Origin: Mesotaenium endlicherianum
Lineage: Eukaryota
Reading direction: 5' to 3'
Length of the DNA stretch: 44,454 nucleotides
Assembly: GCA_009602735.1 (NCBI GenBank)
Contig: WELA01003606.1
Location: forward strand, 779,602-824,055
This document shows positions 1 to 12,534 of this stretch, piece by piece; within the stretch, counting starts at the first letter, position 1, and every line of letters starts with the position of its first letter. The translations under genes were made by a program, and so were the position numbers. The notes under the pieces are model-generated. The model made no database searches. It was given only the letters and a program-made list of their open reading frames with translations, and was not told the origin of the DNA.

Positions 1-171
1 CCACTTCCCATCTCCTCCCTCCTTCAAAAGAGTGAGATGCTAGCTTGCATCAACGTCTTCATGGCTGCCTTTAGCAACTTATACATCATCCTTGTCTCTC
101 CTCTCTACTCTCTCTACACTCCTACAAGCATCACCGACCAAAGCTCCTCCTCCAAATGAAGCAACTAGGTA

Positions 172-183
172 GCTCCGATACCA
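172..183 (-). promoter_or_regulatory. Primer-binding site (tRNA-iMet type) of element B
   Basis: Minus strand TGGTATCGGAGC immediately inside the LTR end; the canonical plant PBS is TGGTATCAGAGC. Confidence 0.85.
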
Positions 184-185
184 TG

Positions 186-906
186 TGAAAGGGGGAAGGG
201 TGCGGGGAGTGCGCGCACACACACTCACGCACCCTCACCCGCAAGTGGAAGCGTGCACGAGGACCTTTCCTAGTTGCATACACAAGGTGGAGTGGCCTTG
301 TGGTATGCCACCCTTGCAAGAGTTAGAGGGCTACATGAGAGAGGAGTGGAAAAGAACTCACTTTATTAAGAAAAGTCATGTACAAGATAAGAAGGTTAGA
401 CTAGACGAACTAGACTAGACTCCCTCTACTTCTTTGTGCTTCCCATTTATGCTTTAACTCTAAGTGTCCTCTCTAGCAAAGTACCTCCAGAACCGTCTAC
501 TATGGTTCCTTCCATGTAGGTGACCTTGCCTAGTTGGACAAGCTAGCACACTCACACGCACGCAATCACACTCTAGAATATTCTACTACACAATCCACTA
601 ACTCCTCACGAAGTTTCTAGAAATTCCACGATCACTTTGGCACTCTACGTAATTGTACGTAGTTTGTGAAACCCTCATGTTTCAATGTCCTACTTTCTGG
701 ACTCCAACCGGAATTGTCGTCACTAGACCTGTCCTTGTCACTAAATTGAATCTGTGACACTAAACACTCACTAAAAACTCTCAAAATTCATAACTTTCTC
801 AATACTTGTCCAAATGACTTGAAATAAAGGCCAAAGTTCTTCCAAAATTACACTCTATGCATATAAAATGCTAGGAAGATACAAACTATACTTCGATAAC
901 CTTACA
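186..906 (-). mobile_element. 5' LTR of a minus-strand LTR retrotransposon (element B) that runs off the left edge; inserted into the gag of element A
   Basis: Minus strand begins TGTAAGG (906) and ends CCCCCTTTCA (186), the same termini style as the LTR at 3157-3900. It is followed after 2 nt by a PBS and truncates the element A gag frame at 907. Confidence 0.8.
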
Positions 907-1814
907 CACGGAGTGCTTGAAATCCACGGTATCCACCTTTTGGGCCACTTCAATGATCTTTGAGAAGTCCGTCAAGTCGCGTATTCCACTTTCTTTGCCA
1001 CCTTGGGCTTGAGGCCAAAGATGTAGCGGTCAATCTTCTCCTCGAGAGACATATTGGGGATCTCAAGAGTGAGGGCGTGAAATCTGGATGTATACTCTTG
1101 AACGGACGTCGTTTGCTTGAGATGGTGGAGCCTTTCTTGGGCAATCTTCTCCGCATTGATGGGCATGAATTGCTTCTTGAGGGCCTCACGAAAATTTGCC
1201 AATCTTGCATATGATGGTGGGGGCTCTTGGCCGAACATGGGGTGCGCCATAGCTTGATATATAGCCGCTTGATAGTTACGCCACCATGATGTTGCTGCTC
1301 CTCTAAGTAAGGTAACAGCAAAGGGAACGTAGTCCTCCTCGGGTCCTTCAAGGAATGCGAGGTACGTCTCCACTTGGTAGAGCCATAAATTTAGGTTGGC
1401 ACCTTTCCCGGGGTTGAAAGTGTCGGGTTTGCCGGGCTTGATGAGTTTCCTTGCTCTCGTTGGCTCTTGTGGAGGCGCTTGAGGCGGGGCTGGATTTTGA
1501 GCATTGCTCGCAATAGAGGCAACCATGGCAGCCATAGCTTCTCTTGACGCTTGCACGTTTGCTTCAAAGGTGGCCAAGCCCACTTGGTTGTGGACGGTGA
1601 TTAGGAAGGCTGCCCACTCATTTGCGGGAACTCTTTATGGTGGGGTCAACTTTGCTATAGCGGCGGCCACGGGATTTGACGGTGCTCCTCCTTGTGGTGC
1701 TTCTTGTTGTTGCAAATTTTCTTGAGTGGACTCTCCCATCGGCGCTGGAGGAGGGTTTCTTGGAGAGGAAGGGCTTCCTTCGAAAGCTTGCTGTTGATCT
1801 TGAGGATCGGCCAT
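907..1814 (-). pseudogene. gag: Ty3/gypsy gag (capsid) of element A, disrupted
   Basis: ATG at 1814 (MADPQDQQQ...), one in-frame TAA, then ORF 972-1583 with retrotransposon-gag motifs (KPDTF, LLRGAATSWW, LHHLKQTTSVQEYTSRF, YIFGLKP). It frameshifts near 975 into LTDFSKIIEVAQKVD and is cut by the element B LTR. Confidence 0.85.
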
Positions 1815-1838
1815 CTTCTTGTGCTACCAAAGTGCCTA

Positions 1839-1850
1839 GCTCCGATACTA
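1839..1850 (-). promoter_or_regulatory. Primer-binding site of element A
   Basis: Minus strand TAGTATCGGAGC, 1 nt after ...TTCACTACA and just upstream of the gag ATG. Confidence 0.75.
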
Positions 1851-1851
1851 C

Positions 1852-2638
1852 TGTAGTGAAACAGATAGATGACGTACTTAGTGAAATATAATACTTTATC
1901 TATTAAAGACAAGGATCTTTGAACACAAGTGGTAGCTTCTTGAAAGAGAGATGGCTTCTTGAAAATTAACATATTTCTAGGAAGGTGTACGTTGATGTGT
2001 TGGCACCCAACACATCCCAAAACTTGCCACCTCTGTCTAAAATAGTGTACACATGTCTTTTTGACCTAAAAATGGCACATTTGACTTTTGCCACATGGAG
2101 TTCTTCTAGGTCTTTCCTCTAACTTTGAAAATGCCTTAGAAGGTTCAAAGAACATGAACCAAGTCAGTAGAGTACCTATTCACACTTGAATCCACACAAT
2201 AGTACTCCAAATATATTTGAAAACATTAAAATATATGCAAACTAATATATTATAACTCAAATCACTACAACAGTGAAGGTTGGAAAACATCAGGACCTCC
2301 AAATTCAAAGTACTTTTTTGAATATTGCACCGAACACAAATGTACTTTTCACACCTAACACGTGTGCTTCATCTAAAGTACAAAAAAATGTACACTCAAA
2401 TCCGTCGGAAAATTCGACAAAGTACATTGCCAAATTCCTTTTTCAAAGGGAATTTTGTACATATATGACTCTTATACACCACATGATTACTGAATTTATG
2501 ATAAGCACTCAAAAGTGGCCAATTGTGGTGTCTTTTTTGGTTTCATTGTCAGTGAAGCTAGTGCATGTTAAAGATCCTTGTCTTGAATACAAAAAGTATT
2601 CTACTTTATAAAGTACTTCATCTATCTGTTTCACTATA
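1852..2638 (-). mobile_element. Probable 5' LTR of element A, bounded by ~70-90 bp inverted repeats
   Basis: Abuts the PBS. Left end TGTAGTGAAACAGATAGATGACGTACTT...AGACAAGGATCTTT matches the reverse complement of the right end TATAGTGAAACAGATAGATGAAGTACTT...AGACAAGGATCTTT. Confidence 0.65.
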
Positions 2639-3156
2639 TGCACAGAGGGTGGCTTCTAAGGAAGAAGGGTCCAACTACACATGAGAAGGCTACATATATG
2701 AAAAAGAACTTCACGATACTGTAGGGGGTATGTGTACCCAACCTGATAGGTAGGAAGGACCCTTGTACAGGCAATCCAAGATAAGATTTTCATTGTTTTT
2801 GAAATATTTTCACTTAAATACAACAGATCAATTATTGTCCTCCAAGAAAATTAATGATTTCTTTGCTTGTACCATGTAGAAAGCAAGTAGAAGAATTAGA
2901 AACAATAAGAACCTTACATACCAATGTCCACAAGCAAAGTACAAGAGCGCAGAAGGATACAAATTGCATTTGTAGAACTTCATTCTTGTCTTACTTTGGA
3001 ATTACACAACTTATTTCATACGTCACCACATGTAGTAATTTAGATCTTGAGGTGTTTATTGTATGCCCACAAAATGTAGAATCAACAATGAGAGGTATTA
3101 GACCCTATTGTGAGAAACTATAGTGCAATGAAGTAGTGAACAAACCACAGTGATTT

Positions 3157-3900
3157 TGTAAGGTCAAAGGTTAATAAAGTGCATTTTTGAGTTTCATAAA
3201 AGTATGTTTTCATTGTATATTAGTGTAGAGTGCATTTTTGTGGTCATTCTGATATAAAGTTCATCGAATTTGGTCAAGTATAAAGAGAGTTACGGATTTT
3301 TGAGGTTTAATTAGTTTTAAGGTCAGTTGACGACTGTCCTTAATTCGCAGTGAGCGCCACCGTCGGATTGACTGACAGCGTTGAGCAATCTGGCCCGTTA
3401 GAGTGAACTCGAACCTTCACATAAGTTCGGCTGACGCGGAGTGCCGACTAGGTTGATTTACCTAGAAGTTTCGATTTAGCCTAGCGCGTCTAAGATAGAA
3501 TATTCTAGTAATGTAGAAGCATGTATGTGGACGTCAATTCGGCCCGACACGTCAGATGAGACTGATCTGGCTTACTCACGAATATTCTGGAAGGGACAAT
3601 TTGACGAACACTTGGGAAAATCCGTAGCTTCCTCCTAGGGTGGAGCACTTAGGCAGAAAATTATAAATAGGCATAACTTCTTTGTTTCTCATCAGTTTTC
3701 ACTTTTGTAAATTTCTACGGGTTTGTAATGCCAAGGCCTTTCATCCTACACCATTTGTGAGCAGTTTCTTACTACTCAAAATGTCATGTAATTATCCTAA
3801 GCTTTCTTAGCAATATGCCGCTGCACCCTTTAGTATGATTGCAACTAGTTCCTTTCCTCGTGAGTTACTACGCTTCCACTAGGGCACTCTGCCCCTTTCA
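3157..3900 (+). repeat. 5' LTR of element C
   Basis: TGTAAGGTC...GCCCCTTTCA; direct repeat of 10556-11285. Confidence 0.95.
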
Positions 3901-3902
3901 TC

Positions 3903-3914
3903 TGGTATTGGAGT
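3903..3914 (+). promoter_or_regulatory. Degenerate PBS (tRNA-iMet type) of element C
   Basis: TGGTATTGGAGT 2 nt after the 5' LTR. Confidence 0.75.
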
Positions 3915-3937
3915 AGGGCTAGTTTGCATATTATATT

Positions 3938-4969
3938 ATGGAGTCGCAGGCCGGCAGCTGGAGGAGGCGAACATGTCGAGCATGTTGAGCTCGCGGGGCA
4001 GCAGGCAGCACTAACAATGACCAGAGAGCAACAAGAGATGCAGGCGATGCTAAGGCAAATGGCAAATGCAATTAGAAAAGAAGTCTACGCCCAATTTCAA
4101 TAAAATATGCGCGCAAAGGTGGAGAGAATCGTGGGAGTTGTTGTTGGGAACGCCGCTTCGATGAGTTCGGCACTTACACCTGTTGTGCCCCCAATTCATA
4201 TTAACCCAGTGGTGCAACCAGTTATTCCACCCGCATCGGGAGTGCGTGCGCCTAAGCCTGAAGTTTATACTGGAGAGCGTGGATCGCCGCCTGTTCATCA
4301 ATGGATTTTTGGAGTGAAGAAGTTTATGGAGTATTCTGCGCTCACGCCCGACAGGCAAGTTGCCTTTGTCATGACTCTGCTGCAGAAGAGTGCTGGAGCT
4401 TGGTATGAACGAGAAGCGCAGCTGTCTGGAATTCTGCTACTGTTGATCAGCTATTTGAAGGCCAGAAGAGGCAATTTCAACTTATTGCACCCGAGGCTAC
4501 CGCTCGAGATCTATTGGTGCGCCTTCGTCAACGAGGAAGCGTTCAGGAGTATGTTTCGCGCTTCAACGAGCTGGTGCTTCAATGTCCATCCATGCACGAG
4601 TCGGAGATGATGGACAAGTTCAAGAGGGGACTCAAGCCAACTGTGGCCAAGGAAATGGCGCTCAAGGACCCTACCAGTCTTGGAGAAATGATGGCATTGG
4701 CAACAAGGGTTAACGCTGTGGAGTATAGTCAGAGGTAGTGGGGCAGCCACAACTTTGGAGGATATCGACAGTTTGGTTCTCAAGCGCCAAGCACGAGTGG
4801 ACAAGGTCCAGTATCTATGGAGTTGGGACTTGTTCAGTACCAACGCAGGCAGCAGAATTCTAAGCCGAGAGGACCCTGCTGTAATTGTGGCAAGCTTGGA
4901 CATCTGGCTCGAGACTGTGATGTGAAGGCGAAGCAACCTCTACAACAGAAAAAAGGAGGACGCAAGTAA
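3938..4969 (+). pseudogene. gag: gag of element C with CCHC zinc knuckle, frameshifted
   Basis: Fragments PKPEVYTG, LRQRGSVQEYVSRF, KFKRGLKP and knuckle CCNCGKLGHLARDC (~4877-4918), ending in TAA at 4967-4969; several frameshifts and stops. Confidence 0.85.
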
Positions 4970-6761
4970 GTCGTTATGGGGTGTCTACTGGCGTGAAGAC
5001 GAGAACTCACAAGGAGGTTACCCCCAGGAGCCTGCCGAGAAGCGAAAGACGAAATGTTGACAAGCCTACCATCGTGGAAGGAGTGGTCGACGGCAACAAG
5101 GCAAAGTGTATGGCCGACAGTGGCGCAAGTGCAAACTTTGTGCACAAGAAGCTGGTGAAAGAATGGCGAATCCCTGTGCAGAAGACAAAGAGGCAATTTT
5201 GGCAAATGGGCAGAGACTCAAGTGTGGTGCATCTACGGAAGCTATTCACGTGGAAGTAGCAAGGCACCGGAGTAAGGAAGTTGAGGAGCAGGCAGAGTTG
5301 GGTCACCATGAGGTGATATTGGGCCGACCATGGCTGAGAAAAGCCAACCCTCAAGTGCACTGGAGCACAGGACAAGTGAAAGTCCAAGGGCGTGATGGTC
5401 GAATGGAGATAGCAAAACAGGTGGAGGTAGATACGACCACAAGTAACTGTCTTCTGTCGGGCCCTGCAAGTTAAGAAGCTATGCAGGGCAAATCAGGTGA
5501 AGGAGATGTACCTTGTTTCGGTGGCCTTGGCCAGGTCATCAGATGTAGCAAGCGTGAATCCTAACAGCCTGGGCGAATGTACATCGCCGGAGGAGCAAGT
5601 AGTGGTGTCTGATCCCCTTGCTCAGAAGGAGCAGAGCCCAACTGCTCAAGAGAAGAAGCCTGCTGAGATGCGTGCCCAAATTAAGGCGCTGTTGGAGGAG
5701 TTCAAGTGCGTTTTTCCTGAGGAGCTACCTGCAGGATTACCTCCACAGAGAGCTATGGAGCACAAGATCAACTTGGAACCAGGGAGCAAGCCACCTGTGA
5801 GATCCGCCTATTCAAAATTGTTTGCAGAGTTGGATGAGTTGAAGAAGCAGCTGACAGAGTTATTGGAGAAGGGATTCATCCGACCCAGCGAGTCTCCATT
5901 TGCAGCGCCAGTCTTATTTGTGAAGAAGAAGAATGGCACTATGAGGATGTTTGTCAACTACCGGGCTCTCAACAAGGTCACCATCAAGAACAGGTACCCA
6001 CTTCCACGAGTGGACGAGTTAATTGACGTGCTTGTCGGGACGAAGTATTTCTCGAAAATTGATTTGAGGAGTGGCTATCACCAGGTACGGATTGTGGAAG
6101 GAGATGTTCAGAAGACTGCTTTCAGGACTCGCTATGGTTTATTCGAGTTTACAATTATGCCTTTTGGATTGACTAATGCACCTGCTACATTCATGGGACT
6201 CATAAATAGTATCTTCAGACCCTACTTCGACTAGCTTGTGGTGGTATTTTTGGACGATATCCTGATATATTCGAAAACCTTGGAAGAGCATGTGGAGCAT
6301 CTAAGAAAGGTGTTGGAGGTCTTGAGAGATCATAAGTTATATGGGAAGATGAGCAAGTGCGACTTCTGTCTCAAGGAGGTCGAGTTTCTTCGACACATAG
6401 TGGGAGCTGAAGGAGTCAAGGTGGAGCAAAAGAAGGTGCAAGCTGTCAGAGATTGGCCGGTACCTGCTGCTATTCATCAACTCAGGAGTTTCCTCGGCAC
6501 GGCAAATTATTATCGATGTTTCATTGAAGGATTTGCCAAGGTGTGTACACCGCTCACGGACATGTTGAAGAAGCAGGAGAAGTGGCTATAGGGTGACAAG
6601 GAGCAACAAGCATTTGAGAAGATTAAGGAGTTATTGACACAGGCACCTGTGTTGGCAATCGCCAGCCCAGAACTTCCTTTCACCATCATCACGGACGCAT
6701 CAAATTTTGCAGTGGGAGGCATTTTTCTCCAGGTTCAGGGCAAAGGATTGCAACCTGTGGC

Positions 6762-7502
6762 TGAAAGTGGCAGAGTGGCCTAGTGGAAGCGTAGTAACTC
6801 ACAAGGAAAGGAACTAGTTGCAATCATACTAAAGAGTGCAGCGGCGTATCACTAACAAGGCTTAGGAAAAATACTCAACATTTTGAGTGGCAAGAATTTG
6901 TTCACAAATGATGTAGAATAGAAGGCCTTGTCATTAGAAAGGCCTAGAACTTTACAGAAGTGAAAATTGATAAGAAACAAAGAAATTATGCCTATTTATA
7001 ATCTTCTGCCTAAGTGCTCCTCTCTAGGAGGAAGCTACGAATTTTTCTAAGTGTGTCAAATCGTCCCTTCCAGAATATTTGTGAGTAAGCCAGATTAGTC
7101 TCATTTGACGTGTCGGGCCGAATTGACGTTCATATACATGCATCGACATTACTAGAATATTCTATCTTAGACGCGCTAGGCTAAATCGAAACTTCTAGGT
7201 AAATCGACCTAGTCGGCACTCCGCGTCAGTCGAACTTACGTGAAGGTTCGAGTTCATTCTAACGGGCCAGATCGCTCCACGATGTCGGTCAATCCGACGA
7301 TCGCGCTGACAACAAATTAAAGACAGTCGTCAACCGACCTCAAAACTAATTAAACCTCAGAAATCCGTAACTCTCTCAATACTTGACCACATTCGATGAA
7401 CTTTATATCAGATGACAAAAAAAATGCACTCTACACGACTATACAATCAAAACATACTTTCATGAAACTCAAAAATGCACTTTATAAACCTATGACCTTA
7501 CA
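6762..7502 (-). mobile_element. Solo LTR of the element C family, inserted antisense in the RNase H of element C
   Basis: Reverse complement of the 3157-3900 LTR with exact TSD GTGGC at 6757-6761 and 7503-7507. Removing it restores QPVAYENRKL. Confidence 0.95.
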
Positions 7503-8172
7503 GTGGCATATGAGAACAGGAAGTTGAGTCCTGCGGAGCAAATCTATGCAGCACACGAGCGGGAGATGTTGGCTATTATCCGGGCTTTGAGGATTTGGCG
7601 ATGTTATGTGGACGGCCGGAAGGTGTTCATCAAGACCGACCACAAGAGCTTGGAGAAGTTTATGACGTAGGCAACATTGACACCAAGACAAGCAAGATGG
7701 ATGGAGTTTCTGCAACAGTTTAACCACAAGATTGAGTACTTATCTGGGAAGATCAACTCTACAGACGCTTTATCCAGGAGGTGTGACCTTGCAGCTGTCT
7801 CAGTCATATAGGAGAATATGGACTTTTAGGAAGAAGCTTAAGAGAGGTTATCAGGAGGATCCAGAATTTGCGGATGGTGGAACAGTTGAGGCCAACGCGA
7901 GTATGCAGAAGAAGGACGGCATATGGTATTATGGTGATTCCAACAGAGTGGTGGTACATGACATCAAGGAGCTACGAGACTTACTACTTGCGGAGCATCA
8001 TGATTGCTTATATGCTGGACATTTAGGAAGCGAGAAGACGGCAAGTGTGCTGAAGCGGAGACACTATTGGAGAAATATGAACAAGAACATCGAGGAGTGG
8101 ATCAGGAGTTGCGATGCGTGCCAGAAAAATAAGACACCAAATCAAAAGAAGGGAGGTACATTGCAGCCTCTG

Positions 8173-9429
8173 TGAAATAAATCTTGCTTATTTAAGATTA
8201 ATATATTTCATTTAAAGATATAAGATCAGAGATAGGTGGAAGCGTGTGAAATCAGGGAGCAATCTTCGCCCTTATAAGAATTCCGTTTACTCATCTACAC
8301 CTCTTGACTCACTTACCGTAGTGTGCCTTAGTTGCACACTAACACGAGGCACAAGTAAGAGGCGAGCTTGAGGACTTGAGCTTCTCCTTTAGAAACCCAC
8401 GGCCTCTTGCCTACCAGGCATGCAAGCATGTATAGCACATTCACAACATCAAGGGACTGAATAGCAAAGGCGCTCTCATTCAGATGACCATAATGTAGCT
8501 CAAACACATCTCACTGACTTAGGTGCAAACCATGGAATCTGTCCGCTGTGTGACCCCAAAATGTCAGAGGGCATAACTCTGTCAATACTACTTCAAATTG
8601 AGCAAACTTAACGGCAACGGATGCATCTTGACAAAACCTTTCCGAAAAGTCCTAGTTCGCTCCATTTGGAGCGCAAACGAAGCAGCCATGGCAATTTCCG
8701 TGAAGGCTGGTCATTAGAACGAACCCAAAAAGTGCACACATCACTTGCAAATAAAAATCCGACTGTAAAGCCTACTGTCCAGAATGAGGGACCACGAGAT
8801 CCCAGCCTGCTATGTACCTAGTGACCACCTGGTTGAACACGGCGCAAGGTGCGCCGTTTCGTGGAAAACCCGTTCAAGTTGGGACCCACGGATCTAGGTA
8901 TAACGACCATATTAATTGGTCGGTTGACTGAAGTCCTAACTGTTCAGTTGACTGACAACGGCTCCGCCTACCCAGGAGTTAACCACACGGGTAGGACATC
9001 GGTTTACCGAATCTCAGTCGACCTCTCGACTTTCGGTATACTACGGTCACATGTGCCAATCTACAAATAACAATCTAAATATATATGTATATCCTCAGCG
9101 TACTGAAGCTAAGTATATTGACTAATATCAAGCGAGCTTACTCTATGTCAACCCACTGATATTATACCCTATATATAAGTGATATATAAATCTCAGCAAA
9201 CTACACTATGATACAAACGTCATCCTGCTGACCTTTTCAACAAAGTCAGCAAACGACACTATGGTACAAAAGTCATCGTGCTGACCTTTTTGACAAAGTA
9301 AGTAAACTCGCATTACATCGACATACGTTCATTTAGATGAACTTGCACACGTGAGTATATAGACATAATACTTAATTAGTGTTATATATATATGCAATTA
9401 ATTGATAAATAATGAACTGATTCATTACA
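8173..9429. mobile_element. Probable solo LTR of a different family, inserted in the integrase
   Basis: TG...CA ends with short imperfect IR (TGAAATAAATC / GATTCATTACA) and near-TSD CTCTG/CCCTG. Removing it restores GTLQPLPIPEYPWEQIAMDF. No coding motif recognised inside. Confidence 0.8.
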
Positions 9430-10541
9430 CCCTGCCTATTCCAGAGTATCCTTGGGAGCAAATTGCTATGGACTTCATCACGTCGTTCCCAGTTAGTGGT
9501 CAAGGGCACGATGCAATTTAGATTGTATCTGATAGACTTAGCAAGATGGCTCACTTCATTTCCATGAAGAAGACTTGTACGACAACAGATGTGGCACGGC
9601 TATTCTTTGATCATATTTTCAGGCTACATGGGTTGCCGAAGGTGATTGTTTCAGATCGGGATCCAAGGTTTACTAGCAACTTCTGGCGGTCGTTGTTTAC
9701 TTCAATGGGGACCAAGCTGAGTATGAGCACTTCCTATCATCCTCAGACAGACGGGCAAAGTGAGAGGCTCAACAGAACTCTGCAAGAGGTGCTCAGAAGT
9801 TTCATTATGGAGGACCCTTCAGAGTGGGACAAGAAGTTGCCAGGGTTGGAATTTGCCTACAACAACAGTATGCAGGGATCAACCAAGCAGTCACCATTCA
9901 CTATGGTTTATGGGAGAGAAGTATGTCATCCAGGGAACATCTTGTTGGAGAAGGCCAAGGAGACTCAGGTTCCTACTACACAAGCGTTTATGGAGCAGAT
10001 GGCCAACACTTGGGATACGGCAAAGACGTGTGTTCGGAAGGCACAGGAGGAACAGGTCAAGCATGCCAACAAGCACAGGAGGGAAGTGACATTCCATGTG
10101 GGCAACAAAGCACTCTTGCCAACAGAGAACCTACCTCTCACAGGCAAGAGGAAACTGCGGGCACGGTTCACAGGTCCCTTTGTGGTGTTCTAGCAGGTTA
10201 ATCCAGTGACCTACAAGTTGGAACTTCCTTCAGTCTAGCGTATCCATGATATGTTCCATGTCAGTTGTTTGCGGCCATACATTGACCCAAATGAAGGACA
10301 TCCAGGACGACTACCTACACCGCTACCACCGGTCGAGATCGATAATGTATTGGAGTATGAAGTGGAGGCGATTGAAAACGATCGACGAGTCAAGCGAGGT
10401 CAACGATTTTTTCAACAGTATCTGATCAAGTGGAAAGGCTACCATGCGGATGACAACACTTAGGAGCCAAAGGCCAACTTGACTCAATGTAAGAGTAAGT
10501 TGAGACGTTATTTGCAGAATGCGTTGAGGACGTCGCATCTT

Positions 10542-10555
10542 GAGGAGGGGGATGA
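10542..10555 (+). other. Polypurine tract of element C
   Basis: GAGGAGGGGGATGA directly before the 3' LTR. Confidence 0.85.
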
Positions 10556-11285
10556 TGTTAGGTCATAGGTTTATAAAGTGCATTTTTGAGTTCCATAAAA
10601 GTATGTTTTGATTGTATATTATAGTAGAGTGCATTTTTGTTGTCATTATGATATAAAGTTCATCGAATTTGGTCAAGTATAAAGAGAGTTACGGATTTCT
10701 GAAGTTTAATTAGGTTTGAGATCGATTGACAACTGTCCTTAATTCGCGGTGAGCGCGACCGTCGGATTGACCGACAGCGTCAAGCGATCTGGCCCGTTAG
10801 AATGAACTCAAACCTTCACGTAAGTTCGGCTGACGCGGGGTGCCGACTAGGTCGATTTACCTAGAAGTTTCGGTTTAGCTAGCGCGTCTAAGATAAAATA
10901 TTCTAGTAATGTCGATGCATGTATGTGGACGTCAATTCGGCCCGACACGTCAGGTTAGACTGATCTGGCTTACTCACGAATATTCTAAAAGGGACGATTT
11001 GACAAACACTTAGGAAAATCCGTAGCTTCCTCCTAGGGAGGAGCACTTAGGCATAAAATTATAAATAGGCATAATTTCTTCATTTCTTATCAGTAATTTC
11101 TACGGGTTTGTAATGACAAGGCCTTTCATCCTACACCATTTGTGAGCAGTTTCTTGCCACTCAAAATGTCAAGTAATTTTCCTAAGCCTTGTTAGTGATA
11201 TGCCGCTGCACTCTTTAGTATGATTGCAACTAGTTCCTTTCCTCGTGAGTTACTACGCTTCCACTAGGGCACTCTGCCCCTTTCA
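10556..11285 (+). repeat. 3' LTR of element C
   Basis: TGTTAGGTC...GCCCCTTTCA followed by TSD GATTT. Confidence 0.95.
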
Positions 11286-12534
11286 GATTTGACAAAATGC
11301 ACTTTTTGTGCAGATTATTTCAAGAACTCAAGATATGACTCAGTTCATTCAATACTCATTCAACATGTCTTAGATTTAAAAGTAATTACTCTCACACCTT
11401 AGGAACCAATAGATGTAAAGTGGAGACCAATAAAAGTAAGCCTCCGAATTTTACGGAAGTAGCAGCTTCAAGTGTGCGAATCTGGACACGTGTCCAACTT
11501 TAAGGGGTCATGATTTTTCAAATTTTGTTGAAAACCCATTTTTTTAAGTTTTGGGATGTTTATCAAAGATTGCTGTACACGCATACAAGATTTCACCCCC
11601 ATTGGATCATTGTGGTACTCTTGGGGCAACCTGCCTTGACTGTTGAAGTCACACTAGAATTGGTACTTTTGCCCGTTATCGACAGATTTTGTGTCAATCC
11701 TAGAACTTGCATATCTCATCCAATCCAGTACATATCCAACAAGTCTGAAATATTATGAGTACATTAATTTGAACCTTGTAAAGGTCATTGCACAAACTCC
11801 TTGATGATCCAACATCTCTGCCGTATTTTGCGGATGCACCAGCTTAAAGCGTGTCCAACTGTCCAACTTTGAGAGGACATAATTTACAATTTTTTAATCC
11901 CATGACGTTTCCTTAGGACCAATTGCAACCTCACCAAATTTTAACCCATTATAACATATGTTGAGTAAGGGGTGAAATCTATAGTGAGAGCTGTACAAAG
12001 GAGGAAATGTAGAAGTGGTCAATGTTTACAAATTTGGTCACTCAAGTGAAAATAGTGAATATCTCCCAGATTCGTACATTACAATTTGAAGCTTTTGAAA
12101 AAGTGCGTTTAACAAAGATACCTACCCATTTTAATTTTTTTGATATAGTTCTAAAAATTAAATGTTGTTGTTCAAACAACCCAAAAGCTGAAAGTTGTTG
12201 CCACCCTAATTAAGCGTTGGATTTATGCGTCAGTCTGATTTTTTTTCCCGGCTACGGCAACTAAGGGCGACCAAAAGTGCGAGGATTACATATATTTGAT
12301 ACTAGACGGTAGGAACTCTTTGATAAGATGCACAAGTAGTACAAAACTTGAAATCTTTCACATATCGTAGAATCTTATATCTGGCTCCCAAAATTAAATT
12401 TTCTCTTAATTTCGTTTTAGTGCTTTTCCAGTTGAAAAGAGTTAGAACCTTATGGTATAATCTGGTTCCGTTCAGATGAGAGATTCGTCGTTGGTCCTCA
12501 TCTGGGGTCTCGTCCGGTCTGGTCCAGTTTGGTC

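Larger units (their letters stand above)
4981..10540 (+). pseudogene. pol: pol of element C (aspartic protease, RT, RNase H, integrase, chromodomain), interrupted by stops and two solo LTRs
   Basis: [64 protein letters not shown]...HEREMLA; INT zinc finger HHD..AGH...CDACQ and core IVSDRDPRF, HPQTDGQSER; chromodomain EYEVEAI...YLIKWKGY. Confidence 0.93.
3157..11285 (+). mobile_element. Full-length degenerate Ty3/gypsy chromovirus LTR retrotransposon (element C)
   Basis: Paired LTRs 3157-3900 and 10556-11285 (TG...CA), 5-bp TSD GATTT at 3152-3156 and 11286-11290, PBS 3903-3914, PPT 10542-10555, and domain order gag-PR-RT-RH-INT-chromodomain. Confidence 0.97.

Noticed and set aside
4940..4990. 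Possible programmed -1 frameshift between gag and pol
   Set aside because: The pol frame is open across the gag stop, but the A-run is not in canonical slippery-heptamer phase and the element has many random indels.
11286..12300. AT-rich sequence with repeated CGTGTCCAACT motifs, continuous with 2640-3156 before element C inserted
   Set aside because: Probably an older repeat, but no termini, TSD or coding motif could be identified.
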